In this document: in pieces, positions 19,644-28,778 of the stretch
How positions within the stretch are numbered: the first letter of the stretch is position 1
How the letters are laid out: each line of letters starts with the position of its first letter
NCBI GenBank assembly: GCA_050287845.1
Contig: JBNKCR010000049.1
Span: 1 to 46,103 of the forward strand
Source of the DNA: Polyangia bacterium
GTDB taxonomy: Bacteria; Myxococcota_A; Polyangia; JAAYKL01
Length of the DNA: 46,103 nucleotides
Direction: 5' to 3'
Translations under genes and position numbers: made by a program
Notes under the pieces: model-generated
Told to the model about the DNA's origin: nothing
Databases searched by the model: none
The model's input: the letters and a program-made list of their open reading frames with translations, nothing else

Positions 19644-21568
19644 CGCTGTTCTCCAGGGCTGATACAATCATCGGGTTCAAACTCATCCAGCAGGACAAAG
19701 TCCCGGGGATAAAGCTGAATGCTTCCCGAGGGCGGGTCCCGATAGTTGCCAGCGGCAAAAAAGTTTGCTTCCACGCAGGCCACACGGAACCGGGCATAAC
19801 TTTTCGGGTCATCGTAGGGGACTTCACCGGCCACAATGAACACCCGATTGTATTCGCTGTACCCCTGCCCGAACGGTCCGCTGGTATGCATGGCGTCGTT
19901 GCCGCGAATCATTTCCGCCACCGTGATGTTGGATACCGTAAATCTGTAACACGACTGGGTCTGGGTCCCGTCCGTTTCTTCCACCTTGTATCGATATGCC
20001 TGTTTTCCCCGGCCGGTTCGGATTCGGTTCAGGGGATCGGTGGCCGTGCGGACTTCCTCGCCGTTGGTTACCCCATCCCAATCCAAATCGTCACCGCCAT
20101 CCGCCACTTCGGGATTGGTCCCCAACCGGAACTCCAGAAAATCCATCAGGCCGTCGCCATCAGAGTCCGGGCCATTGCGGTTCGTTCCAGTGTAGATTTC
20201 CTCGCAATCATTCAGTCCGTCCCCATCCAGATCAGTGTAATTCACATTGTCACACCGCCCGTCCTTATCCACATCAATGCAGTCACACAGACCGTCGTCG
20301 TCTTCATCCCTGCACCCGTAGTCGCACACCCGGTTGTTGTCACCATCGTAACAGTCACAGGCGCCATCATCGTTTCTATCGGGACACACATTTTCGCAGA
20401 CGCCGTCGCCATTGGCATCAATACAATCACAAATATCATCCCCGTTGGCATCAAAGCATGCGTTGTCACATTCCCCATCATCGTTTTCATCCAGACACGG
20501 ATCGGGAATAAAACAGTAGCAGTCATCCGGGTCCAGGGGATCCATTCCAGACTGCCGCAGCCGATACTCCACCCCATCGCGGCACCCATCCCCATCGGAA
20601 TCTGCCAGCAACGGATCGCTACCGGTCATGACCTCGGTGATATCATCCACCCCATCGCCATCGGAATCCGGCAACACATTTGCCATCACCGGCTCGGCAT
20701 TGATATTCTGAGCCACCAGGGTTTTCAGGGTGAACATCCGCTTGATGGCAGTCAAATCCAAATCCAGAAAATTCAACTCGCCCCCTGAAGCAAACGAGCG
20801 AAACGTCCCCTTGCCCGTTTCGGCCATCGCAGAAAGCAGATCTTCGGCCACTTCATCCACCAGCACATTTCCCGACGACAGCAATGCCGTGTTCACACTC
20901 ATGCGATTGGTGTGAAACAGACGCCCCAGCTCCATAATGGCCTGCACGGACTCCAGCACATTATCCGTGGCGTTATTCTGGGCATCGCCGCTATCCACAT
21001 CGGGAATCCCGTCGCTCACCAGAATGACCTGATACGAAGACAGGGCCAATGATTCCTGTCTGGCATTGAACAACTCATACCGCATTTCCGCATAGGCTTC
21101 TGAGAGAGCCTGAATGTAGTTGGTCGTGCGATCGGTTAAATTCAGGGTGGGCAGATTGGCCCGCACCTTTTCGATGTTAGCAGTGAAATAACTGCCCGGG
21201 TCCCCATCGAGCTCCGCGGTCAGGGGTTGCGCTTCTGACGAAAATCGCACCACCGATACCTTCACGTCTCCCCCTGCCGCAAACAGATGTTCCACCGCTT
21301 CTTCCACCGCGCGCTTCCGCCCGGTATCCCCGGTCACCGGATCCGGCGGATCGGTAATGTCCATACTCTCTGAGCAATCCACCAGAAACACCACCCGCAC
21401 CGGAAAAATCAATTCCTCCGGATTCTGAGTGCAGAGCGAACCGCTAATCTGAATCTTGTTGTCCAGCTCGGGGGGCGGCGGCTGTGGCAGCATCTCCAGA
21501 TGAGAATCGGTACATGAAAATACCGTGGCAAAGGCAAAGAATCCAAGAATCGAAGCGAGCAATCGCAT
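19640..21568 (-). CDS. VWA lipoprotein with TSP3-like and Cys/Asp repeats (MtsD/MtsE family; related to CglB)
   Basis: 'VFSCTDS'; 'FPVRVVFLVDCSES' MIDAS; 'TTNYIQAL'; 'ILVSDGIP'; DxDxDG repeats; TGATG overlap with upstream gene. Confidence 0.82.
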   Translation of the reverse strand: MRLLASILGFFAFATVFSCTDSHLEMLPQPPPPELDNKIQISGSLCTQNPEELIFPVRVVFLVDCSESMDITDPPDPVTGDTGRKRAVEEAVEHLFAAGGDVKVSVVRFSSEAQPLTAELDGDPGSYFTANIEKVRANLPTLNLTDRTTNYIQALSEAYAEMRYELFNARQESLALSSYQVILVSDGIPDVDSGDAQNNATDNVLESVQAIMELGRLFHTNRMSVNTALLSSGNVLVDEVAEDLLSAMAETGKGTFRSFASGGELNFLDLDLTAIKRMFTLKTLVAQNINAEPVMANVLPDSDGDGVDDITEVMTGSDPLLADSDGDGCRDGVEYRLRQSGMDPLDPDDCYCFIPDPCLDENDDGECDNACFDANGDDICDCIDANGDGVCENVCPDRNDDGACDCYDGDNNRVCDYGCRDEDDDGLCDCIDVDKDGRCDNVNYTDLDGDGLNDCEEIYTGTNRNGPDSDGDGLMDFLEFRLGTNPEVADGGDDLDWDGVTNGEEVRTATDPLNRIRTGRGKQAYRYKVEETDGTQTQSCYRFTVSNITVAEMIRGNDAMHTSGPFGQGYSEYNRVFIVAGEVPYDDPKSYARFRVACVEANFFAAGNYRDPPSGSIQLYPRDFVLLDEFEPDDCISPGEQR

Positions 21569-23412
21569 CAGTTCTGACCTCCGGCGTCTGTTGAATCCGT
21601 GTCTGCCAGTTCGCTCTCCCGTTCAGGCAACTGATGGAGCGCGTAACATCGGCCGCTCGATTCAAATTCCTGAATGCGTACAAACTGTTGATTGGTCAGC
21701 AGGGCTATCTCTCCCCCCGGGGGGTCCTTGAAAGTGTTTCCCAGATACCGCGCTTCCACACACGAAGTCCAGAACTGCCCGCGACTGCCGCCCATACCGC
21801 TCGGCTCCTCCTGCAGATACAATCTCAGCCGATTGAGTCCCTTTCGGTTTTCGGGAATCATGGGCAGCGAAACAGACAGCGCCATATTGCGAACCGTGTA
21901 GTCGTAGCAGGTCACATCGCCGTCCATGCTGGACTGCTCCACGCCATACGACACTCTGTCTGACATGAAATCTTCCTCATTGAACAGTTGGGGATGGGTG
22001 CCGGATTTCACCTCGATGCCGGAAGGGATGCCGTCAAAATCGTGATCGAGATCCGCGTCATCAATGGTGGGGTCCATCCCGAAGCGGAGTTCCACGCCGT
22101 CCACAATACCGTCCGCGTCCGTATCCGGCTGCAGGGGATCGGTTTTCAAGAAGGCCTCTTCGCAGGCATTCAGTCCATCCCCATCCCTGTCCTGCCCATC
22201 GTTGCAGGCGATAACCGGAAAATTCGCGTCCCCGGGATCAAATCCCCGTTTTCGAAATGTTTCTTCAAACATGTCGCTGTAATTGTCGCCATCTGAATCG
22301 GCGTTCTGGCGATCCAGATTATGGGCATACTCCCACTCGTCGGGCAGTCCATCTCCATCTGAATCCGCCTGGTACCCATTTTCTGTGGGCATGGTGCTCA
22401 CATTCACCGCGTACACTTCCTTCACCTGGTACGGCGCTCTGAGGGACTCGTAGTTGAAATCCACAAAATCAATTTCAGTGGTGATATTGACATCCCGGAA
22501 TGTGCCCTGGCCGATGGCTGCCATATCCTGAAGCAGGGGCATGGCCTCGTCCCGCTCATAGCCGAAAATGCTCACATCGCCGCATACCGCCGCCACCTCA
22601 GCCTCCGGTGCGAACAGCAAAATGGTATTGAGGGTCAAATCCCCCACGCCATAGAATTCACCCAGGGCCATGATATCCTGCACCTTGGCCTTCACCTGTT
22701 CCGGCGAATTGTAATCCGGACACACCCCTGTCATATCCACGTATACCTCGTCAGGCACGTCCTGATCGGTGTTACATACGCCATACAGGGAATCCGGTGG
22801 GGTATCCCCATCATTGCAACCGAAGGTGCATCTGGGTTCGGGAATACCGTCGCTCAAAAAGAGAATCATGTAACGGGTACGGGCGCGCATGGCCGGGCCG
22901 GAATCAATCATGTCCTGCTCCAGCACCGACAGCACCACAGACAGTGCGCCCTGGTAATCGGTGGCCGGTCCGCCCTGTCCGCCCTGGGGCGCAAGGGCAC
23001 TGGCCGCATCGGCCCAACTGGTAGTGAAACCTGTAATTCGGCTCCACGAGGCAAAACCGATGACGCCGAACTCCACATTGGGCAGTGCATCCAGCTGTCG
23101 TCCCGCGTCATTCAACGCCGTCAGGCGATTGTTGGCGGGATCCGTACATTGAAGCGATGCGGACTGGTCAATCACAATGAGCAGTTTTACCGGGAATGCC
23201 AGTTCGTCCGATGGACTGGTACAGAATTCTCCGACCACATCCATGCGGTTGTCATAATAGGTAATCTGTTCATTCTGCACCGGTTGTATTCCCGCATCCG
23301 TGCATTGCAACACCGACAGACTGAAGAAGCCAATCAGAAACGCTACGGGAAGAATCACGTATTTTCGGGTCTTCATGATATTCAGAAAAACAGTCATCTG
23401 CTCGACCCTCAC
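21568..23412 (-). CDS. VWA lipoprotein with DxDxDG repeats (MtsD-like cell-cell cohesion protein)
   Basis: 'VLQCTDAG'; 'FCT...FPVKLLIVIDQSAS' MIDAS; 'ATDYQGAL'; 'LFLSDGIPEPRC'; 'DSDGDGLPD'. True start may be a downstream ATG. Confidence 0.82.
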   Translation of the reverse strand: MRVEQMTVFLNIMKTRKYVILPVAFLIGFFSLSVLQCTDAGIQPVQNEQITYYDNRMDVVGEFCTSPSDELAFPVKLLIVIDQSASLQCTDPANNRLTALNDAGRQLDALPNVEFGVIGFASWSRITGFTTSWADAASALAPQGGQGGPATDYQGALSVVLSVLEQDMIDSGPAMRARTRYMILFLSDGIPEPRCTFGCNDGDTPPDSLYGVCNTDQDVPDEVYVDMTGVCPDYNSPEQVKAKVQDIMALGEFYGVGDLTLNTILLFAPEAEVAAVCGDVSIFGYERDEAMPLLQDMAAIGQGTFRDVNITTEIDFVDFNYESLRAPYQVKEVYAVNVSTMPTENGYQADSDGDGLPDEWEYAHNLDRQNADSDGDNYSDMFEETFRKRGFDPGDANFPVIACNDGQDRDGDGLNACEEAFLKTDPLQPDTDADGIVDGVELRFGMDPTIDDADLDHDFDGIPSGIEVKSGTHPQLFNEEDFMSDRVSYGVEQSSMDGDVTCYDYTVRNMALSVSLPMIPENRKGLNRLRLYLQEEPSGMGGSRGQFWTSCVEARYLGNTFKDPPGGEIALLTNQQFVRIQEFESSGRCYALHQLPERESELADTDSTDAGGQN

Positions 23413-23670
23413 TGTACAAAAAGGTCCGGCAACTCATTGCCGGGACATACGGTGTTAAAAAGAGTAAAAAATATTGTACTACCTTGTTTCGATGGTGCAA
23501 TTGAGGGGCGGTGATTAAGTGCGAAAATTACGCATTTCGCAGGATGGACTCTTCCAGAACGTACCGCTGTTCAATTGTCACAAATACGGATTACAGACAT
23601 CTTCTGAACCTGGCGTATTTCAGTGCCGTCAAAAACAGAGCAAAAATTTCAAAGGTAAAAAAGGAGAGAG

Positions 23671-25020
23671 TTATCGCTTCAATCGACGGACAACCAGGCC
23701 AAGAAGCATCAGGCCGAATACGACTGTCGCACCCAAACCGGCACTGCCACTACCGGGAGCAACCACGGCGCATCCGGCCGTATCGTCTTCGAGGGGATTG
23801 CCGCCCACCACAATCTGCGCAAAGGCTTCGGCCTGCGGATTTTCCATAGTCGTCACGTTATCGGTACCCACCAGCTGAGCCACCAGTCGAAGCTTGTATG
23901 TACCTGGTTGATCCGGTACGAGAATGGGAGCAGCTTCTTCGGTATACCGATACTCGTACGGTGAGGACTCGTCTACCGAACCAATCGCGTTTTTAATTAC
24001 CGCGCTGGAACCGGCCGGGGCTTCAATCACACTCCAGCTGTAATTGATTTCCGCATTCTTTCGGTTGGCAAACAGTTTTACACGGACCTGATTTCCCGTG
24101 TTCACCGCCTTGAGGGACGGAGAATGAACCCGGAACGGGTCGGTGGGATCCAGACAGTTGGCCTCATCTCCATACACCACGTAACAATACATGTCGTCAC
24201 ACGCATCGCCCACGCCATCCCGATCCGCATCTTCCTGATTGGGGTTGGCCACCATCTCACAGTTATCGTCAATATCTACGATCCCATCATTATCATCATC
24301 CGCATCACACAGGTCCCCTTTGCCGTCGCCCTCTGCATCGTCCTGTTCGCGATTGGCAATCTGCGGACAGTTATCGTTTGTGTTCCGAATGGTATCCCCA
24401 TCGTCATCGTTGTCGCACATCACCTGAGCGGACTCCGCAATGCTCTCGCCGGCGCCATTGGCCACCAGGGGGCATTCATCTTCCAGATTGCTGATACCAT
24501 CATTGTCCATGTCATTGTCACAGGCATCGCCTTCGGCATCGCCATCGGTATTGTCCTGTTTCGGATTGGGGTTGTCCGGACAGTTATCTTCACCATTCAA
24601 CCTGCCATCGTTATCCCGGTCCTCATCACAGACATCCCCGATGCCGTCCCCATCAATATCCGTCTGTGCGGCATTGGCGGTTCCAGGGCAATTATCGCAG
24701 AGATTTCCAAGAGTATCCCCATCTCCGTCCAACTGGTCCTGATTGCTGTCGAAGGGACAGTTGTCATAGGGATCCTCCACCCCATCATCATCGTAGTCAT
24801 CTGCAAACTGATACGTCACGCCCACATCTGTATTGTTGATCAATACACTGCCACCGCCGCCACCGCCGCCACCGCCGCCGGATTGTTCGGGGGTACCGCA
24901 CTGGTCAAAGTTGTCGTCGCATTCGTATGGCATATCACTTGTCTGTGCCGCTGCGCTGACCGTCCACAGAAATGCAACCATGATGCCCGCCAAAGTTGAT
25001 AATTTTGTAAATACTCTCAT
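23671..25020 (-). CDS. mtsC: Thrombospondin type-3 repeat protein with MYXO-CTERM sorting signal (MtsC-like)
   Basis: Signal peptide; many 'DxDGDGxGDxCDNCP..N..Q' TSP3 repeats; C-terminus 'AGCAVVAPGSGSAGLGATVVFGLMLLGLVVRRLKR' (Cys motif, TM, Arg cluster); RBS GGGGTG before the ATG at 25020. Confidence 0.85.
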   Translation of the reverse strand: MRVFTKLSTLAGIMVAFLWTVSAAAQTSDMPYECDDNFDQCGTPEQSGGGGGGGGGGSVLINNTDVGVTYQFADDYDDDGVEDPYDNCPFDSNQDQLDGDGDTLGNLCDNCPGTANAAQTDIDGDGIGDVCDEDRDNDGRLNGEDNCPDNPNPKQDNTDGDAEGDACDNDMDNDGISNLEDECPLVANGAGESIAESAQVMCDNDDDGDTIRNTNDNCPQIANREQDDAEGDGKGDLCDADDDNDGIVDIDDNCEMVANPNQEDADRDGVGDACDDMYCYVVYGDEANCLDPTDPFRVHSPSLKAVNTGNQVRVKLFANRKNAEINYSWSVIEAPAGSSAVIKNAIGSVDESSPYEYRYTEEAAPILVPDQPGTYKLRLVAQLVGTDNVTTMENPQAEAFAQIVVGGNPLEDDTAGCAVVAPGSGSAGLGATVVFGLMLLGLVVRRLKR

Positions 25021-25080
25021 TCGTTCACCCCGTTTTCTTGATTTTCTGTTTTGCCTGTACACATAACAACAGGGGGGTTG

Positions 25081-25096
25081 AGCAATAACCGTGCCG
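25081..25096 (-). promoter_or_regulatory. Sigma-54 (-24/-12) promoter of the mts/agl/glt-like operon
   Basis: Minus strand CGGCACGGTTATTGCT matches TGGCAC-N5-TTGCW at all but the first base, about 60 nt upstream of the mtsC-like start. Confidence 0.7.
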
Positions 25097-25535
25097 AGGA
25101 TCTGAACAACGCCATTTCAGGGGGGTTCTCAATTCAATGGGGAAGAGACCCGCAATGACACTGTAATCAGAGGGGCGCTCATCCGGTTTTCGGTCTGCAT
25201 TTTTTACAGGCTGTATGGTGGAGCATACACCCAATAAGCCGCTACGTCGTCGCGGTGCCGGTGCAACAGTCTCACCGATGGGAAAAGTCGAACATTCAAC
25301 ATTTAAATCAATGGATGCTGACTGAAATGTCTCTGTCTGGTTCCATTCAACTGTTTTCTGCGATGGCGGATATGCAGCTCCCCGATTAACGATGCACCCG
25401 TGCTGGAGAAGAAATCATTTTATTGAAAATTCCGTACCGTATAAGAAGCAGTGCAGTGAACCCATACCATTTGAGTATTTTTCATTAGTGTGGGAAAATG
25501 TCTTCGTCATTATAAAAAAAAGGAAGGAACGACCA

Positions 25536-26549
25536 ATGACGCATTTAAAGCCGCATTTGATAAAGTATTTTCTGATATTGTTTGTTATTGTCCTTTTAAC
25601 TGCATGCAGCGATGACACGTCGTCCGACAACTCAGAGACAGACGCAGATTCAAACACTGATTCGGATACGGACAGCGATACGGATTCGGATACGGACAGC
25701 GATACGGATTCGGATACGGACAGCGATATGGATTCGGATACGGACAGCGATACGGATTCGGACACGGACAGCGATACGGATTCAGATACGGACAGCGATA
25801 CGGATTCAGATACGGACAGCGATACGGATTCAGATACGGACAGCGATATGGATTCAGATACGGACGCGAACGATGGTCCTGATTGTTCTGCCGTCATGCC
25901 GAGCGGCGGTGAGACAGTGGACCTGACGTCGTGGATCAGCGGCCAGGCATTCGACGGACTCTCCTATGGTGGCTGGACAAATGGTAACGGGGGAACCATC
26001 ACTTACTTCACCGATGCGTACGCATTCGCTGCGTCATGGGACAACAGCGAGAATTACCTGGCCCATCTGGGGTTGGATTTCGACGGCTCAAAAAGCTACA
26101 CGGAGTACGGAAAAATCGTTGCGGAATTTGTTGAGAATAAATCGGGAGATGCGGGGAACTTTTCAATGATCGGCATGTATGGGTGGACACATGACCCGTG
26201 CGTCGAATGGTATATCAACGAAGACTCCTTCAACGGTCTGTTTGGCTGGGGAGACGTCACCAGCGATATTGATGGCGCGACGTACCACATGTCCATGACC
26301 GAAACCACCGGAACCGACGGCGCCAATGCCTGCGAGTCCGGACATACGGGTCCCTGGATTCAAATCCGCAGCACCCGGGAAGCGGCGCGTCAATGCGGCA
26401 CAATTACAGTAAGCGACCACTTTGACGCATGGACGGCGCAGGGCTGGGAACTGGGGGGCCTGACCTCAGTGCATATCAATGTAGAGGTCGGCGGCGGAGT
26501 CGGCAGCATTGAATTTCCCGTGGCCAAAGTAACAACAGGCGCCAATTGA
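25536..26549 (+). CDS. Lipoprotein GH11 endo-1,4-beta-xylanase-like enzyme with Asp-Thr/Ser linker
   Basis: Lipobox 'LTAC'; '[19 protein letters not shown]' (nucleophile Glu), 'DGATY', '[15 protein letters not shown]', '[10 protein letters not shown]' (acid/base Glu); purine-rich RBS AGGAAGG. Confidence 0.85.
   Translation: MTHLKPHLIKYFLILFVIVLLTACSDDTSSDNSETDADSNTDSDTDSDTDSDTDSDTDSDTDSDMDSDTDSDTDSDTDSDTDSDTDSDTDSDTDSDTDSDTDSDMDSDTDANDGPDCSAVMPSGGETVDLTSWISGQAFDGLSYGGWTNGNGGTITYFTDAYAFAASWDNSENYLAHLGLDFDGSKSYTEYGKIVAEFVENKSGDAGNFSMIGMYGWTHDPCVEWYINEDSFNGLFGWGDVTSDIDGATYHMSMTETTGTDGANACESGHTGPWIQIRSTREAARQCGTITVSDHFDAWTAQGWELGGLTSVHINVEVGGGVGSIEFPVAKVTTGAN
25659..25865 (+). repeat. Coding tandem repeat, 24-bp unit (GATTCGGATACGGACAGCGATACG) x ~8.5, encoding (DSDT)n
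   Basis: Read directly from the sequence. Confidence 0.95.
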
Positions 26550-26607
26550 AAACAAAAGAATCGAATTCTTAAATCAATTTCTCTCAATCTACAGAAGGTG
26601 AAAAACA

Positions 26608-26685
26608 GTCATCCCCGCTAAAACGGGAATCCAGATAGCAGCGTGATTCAGTGGTGCTCTGGCCCCATGCCTGCGCAAGGGTGAC
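26608..26685. repeat. RPE-4/dRS3-like short palindromic element
   Basis: GTCATCCCCGCTAAAACGGGAATCCAG ... CTGGCCCCATGCCTGCGCAAGGGTGAC resembles the widespread GTCATTCCCGCGxAxGCGGGAATCCAG inverted pair. Confidence 0.65.
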
Positions 26686-27134
26686 GTTATCTTATTCGTC
26701 CCTGACAGTGATTATTCGTCTGTGTCTAATGAGACTCAAAAATTGATTTCTTAAGGAGCACTTTTTTTCATCTCAATCAATAGTTGCGCATAGAAATGTC
26801 CCCGTTCGGTACTCGGACACCTGATTTTTGCACTCAGGCATTTACAATTTGCCAATTTTGGATACACCAATGCTGGCGAAGTAAGTATTCTTTGGAGGGA
26901 CAACCGGTTGGTTGGAAAGTACTGCGCGGATTTACGTATTCATTGCGATGAGGAGTGGTTTGTATGACCCATCCCATCTTTTTTTTAAAAAAAAAGCGCC
27001 CCGTTTGAAATCTGCGAGCCACGTTTTATAAACATCCTTATAAAAATTTTAAGGAATTTTTAGAAAGAAACTGGTTATCGGATGGAATATCAAACATCAT
27101 TTATCCAGTATAAGTAAAAGAGAGGAATAGATTC

Positions 27135-28778
27135 ATGCGCATCAAAAATGCAACCGTGTTTATGGTCACGATCCTGTTATTGGTCGTCACCTTGCCAATG
27201 TGCTCCAGTTCCAACCATTCGGGTCAATCCTCGGACAGCGATGCTGATTCTGATACGGATACCGACACCGATACGGATTCCGATTCCGATTCCGACACCG
27301 ACACGGATTCCGATACAGATTCCGATACCGATACCGACACGGATTCCGACACCGACACGGATTCCGATACCGACACGGATTCCGATACCGACACGGATTC
27401 CGATACCGACACGGATTCCGATACCGATACCGACACGGATACCGATACCGACACCGACACCGACACGGATACCGATACCGATACCGATACCGATACCGAC
27501 ACCGACACGGATTCCGATACGGATACCGATACGGATTCCGATAGCGACGTCCCCGGTCCCTGCGACATCTACGAATCGGCCGGGACACCGTGTGTTGCAG
27601 CTCACAGTACGGTTCGCGAGATCTATGCACCGTATAACGGCCCTCTCTACCAGGTCCAGCGAGCATCGGACCAGGCGGTTACGGACATTCCGGTCGGCGA
27701 CGGAGGATTTGCCGACATCGCCGTCCAAGACTCCTTCTGCGCCGGCACGAGCTGCACCATCCCCATCATCTACGACCAATCGGGGAACGAAAACCACCTG
27801 CGCGTCACGTGGTGGGGGTATTGGATGCGGGACGGCGGCAACCCGGCGGATGCCAACGGTCAGAAAATTACGGTGGGGGGGCACACCGTTGCCGGCATCA
27901 AAGTCACGGCTTTCAGTACAAACGTTGGCTATCGAACCGGCGTACAGCTTTCGGGAAAGGCCTCCATTACCAACGGCTCGACGACTGTTACCTTTACGGA
28001 GCCGCAGACACTCCCCGCGAACACGCCGCTCTACTTTAGAGTCAACACCCAGGACTGCCCGCCGGACTCCTTTCCCAACAACTGCCATTTCGATGCGCAG
28101 TGGACCGCAGAGGCCATTACCGACTCGACGACGGTGACGTTGAAGAGCCCCTATGGCGGCACCTCCAGCTCCTCAACCGACGTCTGGGACAACAATACCA
28201 AAGGGGTGGTAAGGGGTAACGGGGACGAAGCCATGTACATGGTGGTGGATGGAAGGCGCTACAGCAAAGATTGCTGCTTCGGCTACGGGAATTCGGAGAT
28301 GTCCGGCTGGGACGAAGGCAACGGCACCATGGAGTGCATCTACTTCGGGACCGACGTCACGTGGGGGGGAAAAGGTGAGGGGAACGGCCCGTGGATCGCG
28401 GCCGATTTGGAGAACGGCATGTTCAAGTGCGACCAGGGGGGGTGGGGATCAGACTCGCTCCAAGTACCGAGCGCCAAGTCCATCGATGCGGATTACGCGA
28501 CGGCCATGGTCAAAGGGCCTGCGGAGAATCATTTTACCCTCAAGGCCGGCAATGCGCAGTCGGGCACGCTCACGACCATGTGGGACGGGCCGCGGCCGTC
28601 GGCGCCTGGCTACAACCCCAAGGACTTGCGGGGCGCGGTCATCCTGGGAACCGGCGGTGACGCCAGCAACGGCGGCACCGGAACCTTTTTCGAAGGCGCC
28701 GTTACGCTCGGTGTTCCGCCGGATGACGTCGACGAGGCCGTGCAGGCCAATATCGTCTCTGCCGGATACGGACATTGA
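27135..28778 (+). CDS. Lipoprotein GH54 alpha-L-arabinofuranosidase B-like enzyme with long Asp-Thr linker
   Basis: 'GPCDIY...[11 protein letters not shown]...YNGPLYQV', 'IYDQSG', 'CCFGYGNSE', 'MECIYFG', '[11 protein letters not shown]', 'ILGTGGD.SN...GTFFEG'; no C-terminal CBM42; RBS GAGG. Confidence 0.9.
   Translation: MRIKNATVFMVTILLLVVTLPMCSSSNHSGQSSDSDADSDTDTDTDTDSDSDSDTDTDSDTDSDTDTDTDSDTDTDSDTDTDSDTDTDSDTDTDSDTDTDTDTDTDTDTDTDTDTDTDTDTDTDTDSDTDTDTDSDSDVPGPCDIYESAGTPCVAAHSTVREIYAPYNGPLYQVQRASDQAVTDIPVGDGGFADIAVQDSFCAGTSCTIPIIYDQSGNENHLRVTWWGYWMRDGGNPADANGQKITVGGHTVAGIKVTAFSTNVGYRTGVQLSGKASITNGSTTVTFTEPQTLPANTPLYFRVNTQDCPPDSFPNNCHFDAQWTAEAITDSTTVTLKSPYGGTSSSSTDVWDNNTKGVVRGNGDEAMYMVVDGRRYSKDCCFGYGNSEMSGWDEGNGTMECIYFGTDVTWGGKGEGNGPWIAADLENGMFKCDQGGWGSDSLQVPSAKSIDADYATAMVKGPAENHFTLKAGNAQSGTLTTMWDGPRPSAPGYNPKDLRGAVILGTGGDASNGGTGTFFEGAVTLGVPPDDVDEAVQANIVSAGYGH
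27234..27548 (+). repeat. Coding microsatellite-like repeat (6-bp GAY-ACN/TCC units) encoding ~105 aa of (DT/DS)n
   Basis: Read directly from the sequence. Confidence 0.95.

Noticed and set aside
23611..23630. Sigma-54 promoter upstream of the MtsD-like gene
   Set aside because: CGGCAC is present on the minus strand but the GG-to-GC spacing is 11, not the required 10.
3313..24999. Long plus-strand ORFs opposite the operon (e.g. 4210-4926, 10330-11343, 15969-17360, 19592-20788, 24124-24999)
   Set aside because: Antisense shadows of well-supported minus-strand genes; no motifs.
26834..27022. Transposase remnant upstream of the GH54 gene
   Set aside because: No recognisable transposase motif in the short ORF.
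25415..28137. (SV/SE)n, (IR/IP)n and (RY/RC)n ORFs such as 25415-25897, 25612-25926, 27148-28137, 27177-28088, 27187-27666 and 27224-27568
   Set aside because: Alternative-frame or antisense readings of the DT/DS coding repeats.
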